63,496 nucleotides of DNA, filler included, from Craspedostauros australis (GCA_030167865.1; 19 parts of 19 records of this genome joined end to end with filler, not necessarily neighbours in it); one strand, 5' to 3'; shown: positions 9,944 to 22,652, counted from the whole stretch's first letter. Notes: generated by a model not told the origin, from the sequence alone. Numbers and translations: made by a program.

Positions 9944-12886
9944 ATGAAATCCCTAACGCTCCTTCTGCTCCTCCTCATGTGGTGCGCATGTTTCCACCGC
10001 GCCGTCCATGGCGCCCGATTGAAAGGCACCAAGGTGGCGAGTGGCAAGACGACCAAAGCGCGCGGTGTGTCCCCACCGGTAAGTGGTGGATCTTGGCGGC
10101 GAACGAAAGACTGTTTGCAATGCAACCGCTTGTCTTGATTGTGTCGTGCACCAACGATGGACAGCACGAACGCAGCATTGGCCAAGCCATCGACGGCAGC
10201 ATCGGATTGCGCAATTCATCCATCTACCTGCCTTCACGATTGCATATCCACGCTGATACTCATCCATTGCTGCATTGCTTGCGTCGGTTCGTCGCCGTCT
10301 CCTACATTTTACATCGCGCAATGACACGCAGACTGGCCGCACCAACCTTGATCGTGTGGGCGCGAACGACGGCGGCACGGTTCCGATTGCCAAAGGAGTC
10401 GAAGCTGCTGGCGCCAAGCCCTCGTCGTTCAAGTCCAACAAGGACGATTCGCCCACGAAGTCCAGCAAGGCCCTTGCCGCATTCGCCAAGTGCTTCGACG
10501 AGTGCGGATTGGATACGTCGCTCGACACGTCCACGCAAATCGCATTGGATGACCTGCGCCACGGTGGCGCTGCTCCCAACAACGAGAAACCATCGTGCTG
10601 CAAAGGCGGAGTCAGCGCTTTCATGGTGACCTTCCAAGGCCTCAATGACACGAGACTTATCATGCCGTATGCGCTCGATGAAGACTTGGATGTCAACGAT
10701 CCGTGCCCAAACGACTCGAAGGGCGAGCGCTTGCAACGTGCAGCTGTCTTCGCCGACTGTCGCAAATGCTTCCCGACAGCGCAGGGAATTGGACAAGCAT
10801 GCGATCCATCAGCTGATGTTGATGATACGGTCGTCGTGAACAACGGTAAGTTGAGGTCTTGGCATCACTCACCATACCATACAATTGCATGTCCTCCACG
10901 CTCTGCTTTGAATGCTTCGGCTCACTGCAGGGTCAGCATCGCTATTCTATCCTCTATTTCTCTTCTTACCCTTACCCTTACCCTGCCTTCCCTTTCCTTT
11001 CCGTTCCATTGCCATCATGTCTCTTCCGTTTTCTCGTTTTCGTCCCGCAACCCGCATCCAACACTGGGCCGTCAACATGACTTGCTTGCTCTACTCCATT
11101 GCATTGACCTGGACGTTCCATCTTCCACGAGTACGCAGGCGACTCAGTTTGCGTCATGTCATTCGATGCTCCCAGCCATCGTTTCCTTGAAACCAAGCTT
11201 CCGACCAACCTCCTCATGTACCATCAGAATCCGCATTCCGTGAGCGGCACAACGTCCGTCACCTTGTCCACCCTGCACACGTCCTGCAGCGAGCCCATCT
11301 ACCCGCCGTATTCAGTTCGACTGGGAACGTGCCGTGACGATCCTAATCATATCGTGACATCGTCCATTGCCTCGCAGCAGCACGCGGGCACATACTTCGT
11401 CTTCGAAGACGCCATGAGCGCCAAATGGCCTGGGTCGCTTCTCACCGGCTGCGACACCAATGCCAGCGACGATGCTGGCGACGATACTGACGATGAATCC
11501 GAATGCTGTGATGGCGGCGCCACGTTCTTGCGCCTCCGCTTGAGCGGGGCGGAGGCATCCGGGTTTCTCTCGCTGGATCCGGCTGATGTCGATGGCATCT
11601 CACCATGTCTTGGCCAAGATGCAATTCGCACAGGTCAGCAGCATGCGGTTCGATTCGTTCCATGTGATGACGATGGCGTGGATCTATCTTTCTCCAATCT
11701 TGGGGTGGGGATAGCTTGCGCGACTTCGTACGACACCATGCATGTCGCGGATGGCGACGAGATCTGCTTGGGATCCTGGGACGATGAACGCAATCGGCTT
11801 GACCTTCATCAGAAGATGCCAACTGATCTTCCTCTGTACTTCGTCCCAGCTTCCGGTGGTTCCAATGTGCAAGTGCGCGTTGCGAACATCCATACAAGCT
11901 GCAGCCACCCTCTCGATGTCGGCTTTGCACAGCCCATGGTTGACCCATGCACAGCGACCGTGGAACAGCCCGTTGTTGAAGAAGACCCAAGTAAATACGA
12001 CGGACCTCGCCTGTCGTTCTTGGACGGCGTGAGCAGATCATGGACCAACGCTGCATTGGAGGTTGGAGTCAACGCGTCAATCTACGACGTTTCATTCGCA
12101 GGCTGTGGATGCGAGTGCCATCGCGATGACACGATCATGCCTTCAGATATGCCAACTGTGGTTCCCGCACAGCCGTCCCAGGTTCCATCACGTTCTCTGT
12201 CCGGTGGTCCGTCCATGATTCCGTCCAATGACCCTTCTGTGGTTCCGTCCAGCCGTCCGTCCGAAGCCCCAACTCGTGGCCCATCCCGGCTCCCGTCGCA
12301 AGCTCCGACTCAGGCTCCTTCTCGAACTCCGTCATACCATCCATCTCGTACGCCATCGCAGGCACCCTCCCGGGCTCCGTCGCAAGTCCCGACTTGGGAT
12401 CCTTCCCAGGCTCCGTCGCGAAATCCATCACAGGATCCATCACAGGAGCCCTCGCAAAGCCCATCCAGCCCTCCATCTCGTGCACCATCTCGCGAACCAT
12501 CGCAGGATCCATCGTCCCCGCCGTCATTCACCCTGACTGAGGCTCGAGCAACAGAACAGCCCGGGTCGCTTCAACCCTCAACGAGCAATTGCTCATCTGG
12601 TTGCGACATGTGGGTGCTGGACAATTGCATCGTTCGTGACGATTTTCTCGAGGCTGGCCTTCCGTGCAACGTCACTGCTCAATTCACTCCGATCGTCGGC
12701 AGTGATGGCGGTGACGCCCTGGAAGATCTTGATTTTGGCATTCGTCACCGAAAGCTCTTTCACCAACTGAAGACTTCTGTGTTCTTGGACGATGATGCAG
12801 TGCACGGCATGAATATCCAAGAGAAGGCTCAGTACCACGTTGTAATGGCGACCATGTACACAGATCTTTTGAATCTCATTGGATGA
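9944..12886 (+). CDS. Secreted Cys-rich protein (~800 aa) with two HTSCSxP-containing repeats and a PSxxPS stalk; exons 9944-10078, 10332-10845, 11139-12886
   Basis: Signal peptide MKSLTLLLLLLMWCAC. GTAAG donors at 10079 and 10846 with phase-matching CAG acceptors. Duplicated motifs CCxGG..F....L.GxN/E, K(L/M)PTxL..Y and (L/I)HTSCS(E/H)P. Pro/Ser tetrapeptide repeats at 12140-12525. Confidence 0.75.
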
Positions 12887-13175
12887 AGGAAGTGCAGGGG
12901 GACACCAACCTAGCGATACATACCCGTTGGCTCATTGATGGATCGATAGATACATGCATATTGTTCGAGTAGTACAGGAATATCTCCTGTATGTGTCCTC
13001 GTTTGCGCGTGTACTTGTGCTTGTCGGCTGGCAGCTGCTTCGTCTCGCCTGCTGAGCAGCATACTGGCAGTCTGATGTCGAACAGACATATCTGCTGTAG
13101 TGTTCGTATACACCTGAATAGAAGGCCCTCTGCAATGCAGCGGCCGCACGTGCCATAGGCGTGCCGCACATCACC

Positions 13176-14276
13176 TCACGAATTCATCGAAATGCAGCAC
13201 TGCTTCCATTCCTTGACCATCGTCGCAATGAAATTGGCAACGTCGTCCGGAGCAGGACACAGATTCGCCGCGCGCGCTTGCACCCGCTGTCTCATGGTCT
13301 GCGCCTGCTCTTCGAATCGATCCCCATCCGACAGACTGACGTAGTGGTACCGCCGTCCCGCAGCAATGGCGAGGCTTCCGTAGAATTCAGGGATCGCGTA
13401 GGCCTTGGGAAAGAATTCCAACACGCTGGCACAGCTCCCACCCAACAACGGCAGACCCGTCAGCTGGGCACCATGCGGGCTCAGCAGGATATCCGTCTGT
13501 TGCAAAGTTCGGATCTGTTCCTCAAAGGACTTGCCTTCAAAGTACGCGACCGTCGCATTCCATTCCTCCGCATGGATCAGGGACCGGCCTTTGGATCTGC
13601 GCCGATTCAGGACCGTGACACGTGGATTGTCGCAGTCCGTGTTCGGCGTCGACCGCAAATTGGGAAGGAGCCGATCGGCATGCTGCAGCACGTACCCGCC
13701 CGTCACGTTGATGGAGACGATGGTGCGCGCGCCGCGCAATTGATTGCGAACGGGCATGTGCGATAGGAATCCGGCGAGGAACGCGTTCTGTCGCAGGCGT
13801 TGCTGCAAGTTGGGCGGCATGAGAATCGCAGCGCGGATGGACTCATCGTCGCGGAATTGCTGCAGGTACGACCAGCAACCGTACAGCTGCTGCATGGCGT
13901 GTGCAAAGTGGTTGGAGTTCGGTCTCGCAATGAACGCGCATGCGACGGCCGTGGCATCGTCGCTGCGTTCTTCGATCTGCACGTGCTGCGCGAGATTGAA
14001 CTCATCGAGGATGCTGCTGCGATCCAGCTGTTGCATGTCGTTGATCTCCACATGCGTCGTGTGGCAGCTAACCCGCGACCGTGGCTCTTGCTTTGGAGGC
14101 GGTTCGTTGGCTTGCAGCGTCGCGTCGTGCGTCTCAACGATGGTCGTTGATTCCACCGCCGCAGAGGCGACGCCGCCAACCAAGCGCCGGTTGCAACGCA
14201 GGGACCATGCGACGATCCCAATCAGCAGGAGGATGGATCCAGCGAATCGACGATGGCGTCCGTGGGAAGATGCCAT
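13176..14276 (-). CDS. Glycosyltransferase family 61 (DUF563-like), type-II membrane
   Basis: N-terminal TM segment, NHFAHAMQ, VLNRRRS, and the GT61 signature SFEEQIRTLQQTDILLSPHGAQLT..VLEFFP. Confidence 0.85.
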   Translation of the reverse strand: MASSHGRHRRFAGSILLLIGIVAWSLRCNRRLVGGVASAAVESTTIVETHDATLQANEPPPKQEPRSRVSCHTTHVEINDMQQLDRSSILDEFNLAQHVQIEERSDDATAVACAFIARPNSNHFAHAMQQLYGCWSYLQQFRDDESIRAAILMPPNLQQRLRQNAFLAGFLSHMPVRNQLRGARTIVSINVTGGYVLQHADRLLPNLRSTPNTDCDNPRVTVLNRRRSKGRSLIHAEEWNATVAYFEGKSFEEQIRTLQQTDILLSPHGAQLTGLPLLGGSCASVLEFFPKAYAIPEFYGSLAIAAGRRYHYVSLSDGDRFEEQAQTMRQRVQARAANLCPAPDDVANFIATMVKEWKQCCISMNS

Positions 14277-14293
14277 TCATGCGCGTTCGATGG

Positions 14294-14393
14294 NNNNNNN
14301 NNNNNNNNNNNNNNNNNNNNNNNNNNNNNNNNNNNNNTTAATTAATTAANNNNNNNNNNNNNNNNNNNNNNNNNNNNNNNNNNNNNNNNNNNN
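14294..14393. other. Artificial scaffold spacer N44-TTAATTAATTAA-N44; first of 18 (others start at 16110, 28531, 32175, 35203, 36457, 38070, 39994, 45447, 46590, 47976, 50611, 52371, 54704, 56683, 59360, 61003, 62202)
   Basis: Identical 100-bp N-padded linker with stop codons in all six frames. Confidence 0.98.
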
Positions 14394-16109
14394 CGCGAGA
14401 CTGACTTTCAAGCCATCCTCCAAAGCACCCTGACAGTTGACCCGAGCTACATTCTTGACACCAACAACTGCATCCCATAGAAGGATTGGGCCAACATCGA
14501 GCAGCACGCATACTCCGTGAACATCATTGAGCCACAGCCAGATGCCACCAACTTCCCAGCTTATGTTGACTGGCAACTCATGAGCTACTTCGCNACAGGC
14601 GCCGACCTCGACATCTCTGAGCGAACGGCAGCGTACAAGGCTTCGACCTCCGACCCAGACACACTCTCCTTCGACGAGGCCATCCGCGATGATAATAGAG
14701 ACGCATGGATGCAAGCAGCGAACAAGGAAATCCAAGACCTCACCGAAAAAGGCACATGGGAGGAAGTCGACAAGAGCACCGTGCCCTATGGAGAGAAGAT
14801 CTACCCAGGAACGTGGGTCTTCCGCCGCAAGCGCCTCCCCGATGGTACAATCAAGAAGTACAAGGGTCGATGGTGCTGCCGCGGCGATCTCATCCTCGAA
14901 GACGCTTCAACTTATGCACCGGTCGTGGCATGGTCCTCCGTTCGCATCTTCCTGATCACATCCATCGTCCTGGGATGGGTCACGACATCAATCGATTTCA
15001 CCAACGCCTTCGTCCAAGCTGAAATTCACAAGCCGGTGTTCCTTCATCTACCACGGGGATTCAAGTCAAGCAAGGGATCGAACACCTGCCTTGTCCTCAG
15101 AAAGAGTCTGTACGGCCTCACCATCGCCCCTCGCTTATGGTACGAACACCTCATACGAGCTCTCCTTGCCGAAGGATTCATGGCCTGCGATCAGGAGCAG
15201 TGCCTCTTCATCCGCGAAGGCATCATGATAGTCCTCTACGTCGATGACGCCGGCATCGCATCCAAGACCAAGAAATTNNNNNNNNNNNNNNNNNNNNNNN
15301 NNNNNNNNNNNNNNNNNNNNNNNNNNNNNNNNNNNNNNNNNNNNNNNNNNNNNNNNNNNGAAGTCAACCGTGACCCACAAGCCGACTACATCCACTTGCG
15401 GCAGCCAGGGCTCATTCAAAAGGTGCTCGCGGCGACAGGCATGACGGAATGCGGCGGAACTGCCACACCTGCGGCTCAAACCGCGCTCGGCAGGAACGAG
15501 CATGAGCCACCCATGGATGAAAATTGGAACTACCGCTCTGTGGTGGGCATGCTGCTCTACCTCACTACCAACACGCGTCCAGACCTCGCATTCGCTGTCT
15601 CCCAAGTCGCTCGCTTCGGAAGCGACCCTCGTCGCTCGCACNCAAAAGCGATCAAGCGAATTATGCGATACTTGAAAGCTACGCAGGACAAGGGCACCAT
15701 CATACGCCCCACTGGACAATTGGACCTCACGTGCTTCGTTGACTCCGACTTCGCAGGACTCTACCGACAAGAGCCCGACCAGGATCGCACAGCGGTCAAG
15801 TCGCGTACCGGATACCTCATCAAACTAGGAGGATGTCCGCTCATCTGGAAGTCCAAGCTTCAAACGGAGATCGCACTCTCAACAATGGAGGCTGAGTATG
15901 CTGCGCTTTCCCTCGCAATGCGTACTCTTATTCCGATTCAACAGCTCATCCGCCAGGTCATCGACAACGCAGGCACAGACATGCCTCTGCACACAAACCT
16001 TCAGTGCACTGTCTTCGAAGACAACGAAGCATGTATCTCACTCGCCACCAATCACCAACCCACTGCTCGAACCAAACACTTCCTCACCAAGTGGCACTTC
16101 TTCTGGTAT
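14394..16109 (+). mobile_element. Ty1/copia (CoDi-like) retrotransposon pol fragment: RT + RNase H, frame open
   Basis: WVFRRKRLPDG..KYKGRWC, TYAPVV, DFTNAF, KSLYGL, LYVDD, TRPDLAFAV, VDSDFAG, KSRTGY, STMEAEY, FEDN. Confidence 0.95.
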
Positions 16110-18245
16110 NNNNNNNNNNNNNNNNNNNNNNNNNNNNNNNNNNNNNNNNNNNNTTAATTAATTAANNNNNNNNNNNNNNNNNNNNNNNNNNNNNNNNNNN
16201 NNNNNNNNNCTTTCGGCAAAACTACAGTGTGGAACACTACGTTTGACCCAAACGATTCCAAATATTGGATGGTCCATAAAACTTAAAAAATGGACTTTAA
16301 GATTCTGGGTAATTTTCCTGTTGCTATGGTGACTATAATGAGTAGGTTTATATGCTTAGTTTGGTTGTAATCGAAGAAAAATTGCCACTCTACTTTACCA
16401 ATGGTTGGTCGACTCACTGACCCGGGTCATATGCTGTTGTAAAAACAATACAATCTGCGATTCCTCCTACTTTCAGCTTGTAAAATAAAACATGATTTGG
16501 GACACGACAATTTTCTCGTGTTTTCGTTCCTTATGTTCCATCGCGTTCTAATATTTTGATCTATGGCATTACCGCGCCTCCCTGTGTGGTAGAGAAATCT
16601 AAAGGGTAGTCAAACGAGCTACGCCGATCCTTTTACTCTGTGATTCCCGTGCCATTACTTTTGTTGTTGTGGTGGTGTCGTTTGGCAGATTCGTGTTGGA
16701 AATCACTGCCAGTCGTGTTTGCCTTCGCCTTCACCTTCACCAATCGTGCCATCGCGAAGCACAAAGCGTTGAAAGGAGGGTGCGCGGCGAGGCGAGCATC
16801 GGAATCAGCGATAAAGTGAACAATGTGTTTAACCGCCACGCTCGGCTTTCGTCTACCAACCGTTATTATTCCTGTCACATCCACACACAAGCACAAGTGG
16901 CGACGCGCCCGTCGGCAGCCGCCTTCGCAGAAACAAGAAGCAACAAGTTGGTTTTCTGTCCAGCAAACGCCCGTTTCAACCGAAACAGACTCATCATAAC
17001 GCACACCGGATTGGCCGCTCAACGGCAACACTCAACCGAAGCAAGGCAAAGCTGAGTTTTTCTGGCGGTGGTAAGTTCGACCATGGCGAAAACGATGACG
17101 ATGATGATCATGGACGACGGTCAACGCTCTCCGCTGTGACGGACGATCCCAACAAGCCATGGGCATGGCAGCGACAGCATCTTGCACAGCACACGGGACA
17201 ACACCGAGGACGACAACGATGATGGATGGTTCTCGTCCTCGTGACCGCGCGGGTGAACGTTGGTTGCCTCCCAAGGCGCCGTCTCTCGCGCTGTCACTGG
17301 CACTTGCGAGGAGTCTCTGTCGCTCACACGATTTTTGCTTTTCTCCACATTCTCTTCTTGTGCGTCTCACCCGCCTCATTCTCGTTTTTGTCTCGCCAAA
17401 CTGCACCGGATCCCGTGTGATTGGAATTGAATCGGAATCTGGCGTGAATTGGACACGAAATTACTTAATGGATTCATGTCGCATCGACTGACCAACCTAA
17501 CGGAAAACTTTGACCGGCTGCAATTCAAATTTGAAAACCGGACGATTCACAAAACAAAAACAAACAAACACACAAACAACAAAACAAATGGCAACCCCCC
17601 TGCCCTGGCAACTCTGGTAATGCACAACCAACTCACACGACCAACACAACAAACTCGACCAACGCATCACCTTGGTTGACTATCCGATCGGTGTCCGTTC
17701 CAACATACCAACACACCCACTTCCAAATTCGGTTGTGCATGTGCGCGTGTATGTGTATGTGACTTCATACACATCTGCATCTTCCGGACATCAAACCGAC
17801 CGGTGCTTCATACATCATCATCGTTCAATCCACAATCCATCATCATCTCGAATACCATCACAGCATTGCAGCACATTGCCGCGACGAAAGGCAACACAAC
17901 GCAGCGTGGCATTCATCAAAGTCCCGATCCGACTCGCACGAAACCGCCTCATCGGTTGGTTTCGGCAATTGACTTATCTACACACTGACTGCTTGCGAGA
18001 TTGAGTAAATCTTGTTCAAGCAACACCCAGATCGTCGGAAAAATCTCCGCGTCTGTTGCACTTCTGTGAGCCCATCTCGTCGCAACCGTTTCGGCCCACA
18101 ATACGCGTTGAAACGGAATACAAAGCCAGACCATAAGCAACTCAACGCAAGGCCATTGACAAGATCGAGGCACAATCGTCTCCAATACAGAAGGTAGGAG
18201 GGAGCAAGCCCAGACACAGGATCGCAAGAGACGACAACGAGGACG

Positions 18246-21200
18246 ATGAAAGCAGAGGCTGAATCGAAGACCAAGGCAACGGGCCCGACTGTCCCAACCG
18301 ACGGCAACGATGCGACATCCAACGCCAAGCAACAGCAGCAACCGCAACCGGGCAGGGGCCATCTACCGACCGTGATCACTGTGGATACCTCTCATGGGAC
18401 AGATGCGACATCTGCCGACGGCACCGCAACAGGGGGAAGCGGAGCGAACGGAGATCATGGCAGCGGAGTCGGTCCATCGGAGAGCGAACAACGCTTCGGC
18501 CAAGCACGAACTCCGAAGCATGCGAATAAGACACGAGATGACAGCGCATCGAATCAGAGCGGACGCATGCCCAGCGCAGCAACCGGCAGCGGCCATGGCA
18601 TCCAGCAGCGTCAGCAGCAGCAACAGCACGCACATCCACATCATCAAACCCGCCCACCACCGCATGGGCATCCCCACGGGCACCCGCACCCTCATGCGCA
18701 ACAAGCACAACGGCGTTCACCATTTCCGCCGTATGGACAGCCACCAAGGGCGTACGATGGAAGGCCGCTCGGTGGTTCAGGCGCATTCCAGCCGCACGAA
18801 TCCAGAAGAAAGCCGGCGCAAGCACCTGCAGACCGCTACTACGACAGCCGAGGTCCCGTGCAGGTATCACCAGGCGCGGGCACGACCGTTGAGTACCACC
18901 ACGCTGGACCCGCACCCGGACCACCAGGCCCTCCTCCACCTGGATACCATGTACGAGGCGGACCACCTGTTCGTCCCGACGGGACGTACATTACTCATCC
19001 ACAGCATCCAGGTGCACCACCTGGCGCATATTACGACCGTTCTAGATACGGCAGTGCACCGTACAATGGGCAACGAGCTGCACCGCACGGATACGACGGC
19101 CGTGGTCCACCGCCACCACCACCGTCAACGTCGCACAGGGGATTCCGACCACCGTACCCGCACCAGTACTCGGCGCAACAAGGTTTCAGCGGGTACCCAC
19201 CGCAAGACATCCGAGGCGGCCAACCACCATCATGGGGGGCACGCCAACCGCCGCCGCCGTACCATCATCCATATCCGCACGGCCCCAGCGGCGGCAGCAC
19301 CACTTCTCCTGGTGCTGGGCAGCCCGGACAAGCGGCAAGCGCCGGCGGCAACGGCAACGTCGGAACCGGTCAACCAGGATCAAGCATGTCAAGAGAGCCA
19401 GCTCCAGGGATGAGAGGACCAGGACAACAGTACGCTCATGGACCACGGCACACACGTCGCTCTCCCCACCCGGAACATTCACCACGCTCCCACCATTCGC
19501 AGTACGGCCAACCGAACCAGCACCAACAACAGACGAATGCGGCCAACGCCCCAGCACACGATGGGTACCGTGTCAGCCGTGCCGTGTCATCATCTTTCGA
19601 TGTGGGCGTATCCAAAGATCGAACTGCCGCCCACCATTCGTCACAAGCAGCAAGTACGAGTACGGTGACCTCGCCGAGACGTGACCCTGCGGAACAATCA
19701 GCGAAGCCAACTTCGCAGCAACCAACAGCTGGAAAGAAGAAGAGCGCTGGAAATCAAAGCAAAAGCGCAGCTGACAGTAGCAACGGCAACGGCAACGGCA
19801 ACAGCGCAGGGGATAACGATTTGCCCGACGATGTGTCCTGGGGACAGCTCAATCAGGTGCAAAGCGTGGATGAGGCAGCGATGAGGGATCGTCTGTCGAA
19901 GCGCGGGGTGGGTAAGGATGGAGACGACGACCAGCCGAGATCCAATTCATCCTCCCTCACTAACTCACCAACTCAAGGTATCGAGCAACGTCACGCCAAG
20001 ATGGCAGAAGAGACTGTTGCGGAGGCTGCGAGGCAGGCAAGTTCGTTGGACTCCCTGTGCTCCGTGGCCTCCGCTCAAGAGCCACTGGACACGACACGAG
20101 CACAAGCATCCGTGTCGGCGCAGCCATCGAGCCCAACCTCCGACGTTGGCTTGCTCGACCTCATGAAGTGCTCCAGCGGCAGCAGCGGCTTGCTGCACCT
20201 GCCCGCGCACCAGCGTAGCCAAGACGCGTACAGCATCGAAGGCAAGCGCAGTCTCGACGAGGAGCGTGGAGACAGCAACACAGCTGGACCAGGCCAGGAG
20301 ACCGTCAGCGACGAGATGCGGCGGGCCCCTTCTGCTGAATACGATGACCTGAAATCTGAAGATGGCAGCCAACGCCCGACCAAGAGGGCCAAGCGCAGCA
20401 GCGACGCTCTGCGATCCACTCTCGATTCCAAGATCACCAAATCGCCACTTTCCATCGCATGCAGCCCACCGACATCACCAAGCGGTCTCGAACGAAGAGG
20501 GAGCCTGGGATCGACGACGATCGATCCGAAGTTCAGCTCCGGAGATGGAACCGCAGGTCGGCTTGGCGTCAAGCAGGAGTACCACCAATCTCCACAACCC
20601 ATGGACGCATCGTACTTTGACAAACCACCATCGTATTCGTACTCCATCGATTCGGCACCGTCCATCCCCAAGGAACCCGGCCATCGTCGCGGGCTGAGTC
20701 TGCCCTCCCTTCCACCCAGACCAGGATCATCGACATCATCCACCATCACGCCGAAGGATACCCTCACGCTGGGCGTTGACAGAGATGGCGACAACAACTC
20801 GTACGGCAACGGTGCGGTGCCATCCGTCCCATCGTGGGAGATCCATGCTCAGGACAGCTTCGGCGGTGGCAGCCTCAGCGCGAGCGGATACGGCCTTATG
20901 CCCAACTTCAGCTTCCAGGACTACCCCATGCTTTCTGCGAGTGAAAGCAATTTGGGCGCCAACTACGGACCGGGTCCTGAAACCGCCAGCGGCAGAGACA
21001 GTGCGCTTAGCCAGCAACTGACCGGAACCACCGATCCCAAGAAAGAGTCACTCGCTTCGACTGCAGGTGGTGAACCAGGCATGGATCCAAGGCACAGAGG
21101 ACCAGCACCACCATCCCAGCCACCAATCGAATCCAGGAACCAGTCGTTCGATGCGTACCATCGGGGAGGCAGTTTCCACCGATCTGACTCCATGGACCCA

Positions 21201-22307
21201 TCGTACTCAGACCCGCATGGGCGGCAACCAATGAATGATTCGTACCTGAAGCCACCTCATATGCACCATCCTTCGCATGGACCGCCACCGCACATGCACT
21301 CGCGCCAAGGCGGGCATCAAGGTGCTTTCCCGCCGCACTCTGCTTCGTGGGCGACCGCAGATTCCGTGGGGTCTCATCCATCTCAGTTCCGGCAGGGGCC
21401 GCCACCGTCGAGCCACTATCCGGGATACGGGCCAAGACCTGGCTACGGACATGGCGGTCCGCCGATGATGAGGAACTACTCTCACGACAGCGGCCACACG
21501 CGTGCTTCGCCACCGACCGGGCCGCCACCACGGTTGCACCCAGGTCAGAACGGGCCACCGTCGGCATTCCAGCCACCGCCCGAATTCCTAGCACCGCAGA
21601 ATCCTGGTCTGAACCGGCGACCGACGATGCCTGTGTACATCATGCCCACGAACCACGGTGCAGGCCGAGGTGGGCGTGGTCACGGTTCCACCGGTAGCGC
21701 CGGTTGGTCGAAGGACGATGATCAGCGCCTTTCGGACATCGTGAAGAAGTACAAGAATCCACGCGATTGGGAACCCATCGCCAAGGAGCATGGGTGCGGC
21801 AAGTCCGCCAAGGACTGCCACGACAGGTACATCCGATACTTGAAACCTGGGGTGCGCAAGGGTCAGTGGACCGATCATGAGGATGCTATCGTGATTGAGG
21901 CTGTGACGACATCGTCGGAGCAGCCGTTCACGAGATGGTCCGACCTCGCGCAGAGGCTGCCTGGCCGAGTGGGAAAGCAGATCCGCGATCGGTGGGTGAA
22001 CCACCTGAACCCGAACATCAATCACTTGCCATTCAGCCGAGAGGATGATCTGAGGCTATGGGAAGGTCACAAGGAGCTCGGCTCGCGCTGGGTGGAGATC
22101 TCCACGAAGATCTTCAACTCGACGAGATCTGAGAATCACATCAAGAACAGATGGTACAGCGCCTCATTCAAGAAGTTCGTGCGCAACGAGTTCGGCGCCG
22201 ATGCTTACACCAGCGGGAAGAAGGCAGACTCCAACGCCAAGTCGAAGAAGAAGGCGGCACCAACCGCTGCCACCTCCTGCGCCGCAGAGGCATCGAAGAA
22301 ACCTTGA
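18246..22307 (+). CDS. R1R2R3-MYB transcription factor with long low-complexity N-terminus
   Basis: 1353 aa. Three MYB repeats at ~21700-22160 (WSKDDDQRL..; KGQWTDHED..LPGRVGKQIRDRWVNHLNP; FSREDD..RW..I..RSENHIKNRWY). Confidence 0.92.
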   Translation: MKAEAESKTKATGPTVPTDGNDATSNAKQQQQPQPGRGHLPTVITVDTSHGTDATSADGTATGGSGANGDHGSGVGPSESEQRFGQARTPKHANKTRDDSASNQSGRMPSAATGSGHGIQQRQQQQQHAHPHHQTRPPPHGHPHGHPHPHAQQAQRRSPFPPYGQPPRAYDGRPLGGSGAFQPHESRRKPAQAPADRYYDSRGPVQVSPGAGTTVEYHHAGPAPGPPGPPPPGYHVRGGPPVRPDGTYITHPQHPGAPPGAYYDRSRYGSAPYNGQRAAPHGYDGRGPPPPPPSTSHRGFRPPYPHQYSAQQGFSGYPPQDIRGGQPPSWGARQPPPPYHHPYPHGPSGGSTTSPGAGQPGQAASAGGNGNVGTGQPGSSMSREPAPGMRGPGQQYAHGPRHTRRSPHPEHSPRSHHSQYGQPNQHQQQTNAANAPAHDGYRVSRAVSSSFDVGVSKDRTAAHHSSQAASTSTVTSPRRDPAEQSAKPTSQQPTAGKKKSAGNQSKSAADSSNGNGNGNSAGDNDLPDDVSWGQLNQVQSVDEAAMRDRLSKRGVGKDGDDDQPRSNSSSLTNSPTQGIEQRHAKMAEETVAEAARQASSLDSLCSVASAQEPLDTTRAQASVSAQPSSPTSDVGLLDLMKCSSGSSGLLHLPAHQRSQDAYSIEGKRSLDEERGDSNTAGPGQETVSDEMRRAPSAEYDDLKSEDGSQRPTKRAKRSSDALRSTLDSKITKSPLSIACSPPTSPSGLERRGSLGSTTIDPKFSSGDGTAGRLGVKQEYHQSPQPMDASYFDKPPSYSYSIDSAPSIPKEPGHRRGLSLPSLPPRPGSSTSSTITPKDTLTLGVDRDGDNNSYGNGAVPSVPSWEIHAQDSFGGGSLSASGYGLMPNFSFQDYPMLSASESNLGANYGPGPETASGRDSALSQQLTGTTDPKKESLASTAGGEPGMDPRHRGPAPPSQPPIESRNQSFDAYHRGGSFHRSDSMDPSYSDPHGRQPMNDSYLKPPHMHHPSHGPPPHMHSRQGGHQGAFPPHSASWATADSVGSHPSQFRQGPPPSSHYPGYGPRPGYGHGGPPMMRNYSHDSGHTRASPPTGPPPRLHPGQNGPPSAFQPPPEFLAPQNPGLNRRPTMPVYIMPTNHGAGRGGRGHGSTGSAGWSKDDDQRLSDIVKKYKNPRDWEPIAKEHGCGKSAKDCHDRYIRYLKPGVRKGQWTDHEDAIVIEAVTTSSEQPFTRWSDLAQRLPGRVGKQIRDRWVNHLNPNINHLPFSREDDLRLWEGHKELGSRWVEISTKIFNSTRSENHIKNRWYSASFKKFVRNEFGADAYTSGKKADSNAKSKKKAAPTAATSCAAEASKKP

Positions 22308-22652
22308 GGCAAATGCTCGCTGAGTTAAACGCAGACACAGAACATTCATACTAGTACATAACGCAACACCAGTTAAACCATAATACCGTTTGAGAGTGCA
22401 GAAGCGACGCCATGACGATTGTTGTTGTGTGTGTTCGAGACATGATTAGCTTGTTGTCATCATATTACTATTCTGCAGGGTGTGCACTTTTTCCAACTCG
22501 CAGTGACACACAAGCAAACTCGTATTCGTACGTATGTATGTCACGAAGTGCATGATTATATGGCAGACACGTTGTTAGCACATGTCTCACGCACGAGCGG
22601 ACACTCTGCTCCTATATCCGTGAAAGTGCTTGAACCATAGCCATACTCGTAC

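Noticed and set aside
16210..17450. AT-rich segment with TA-CAGTG (Tc1-like end) and short ORFs
   Set aside because: No matching inverted terminus and no coding signature.
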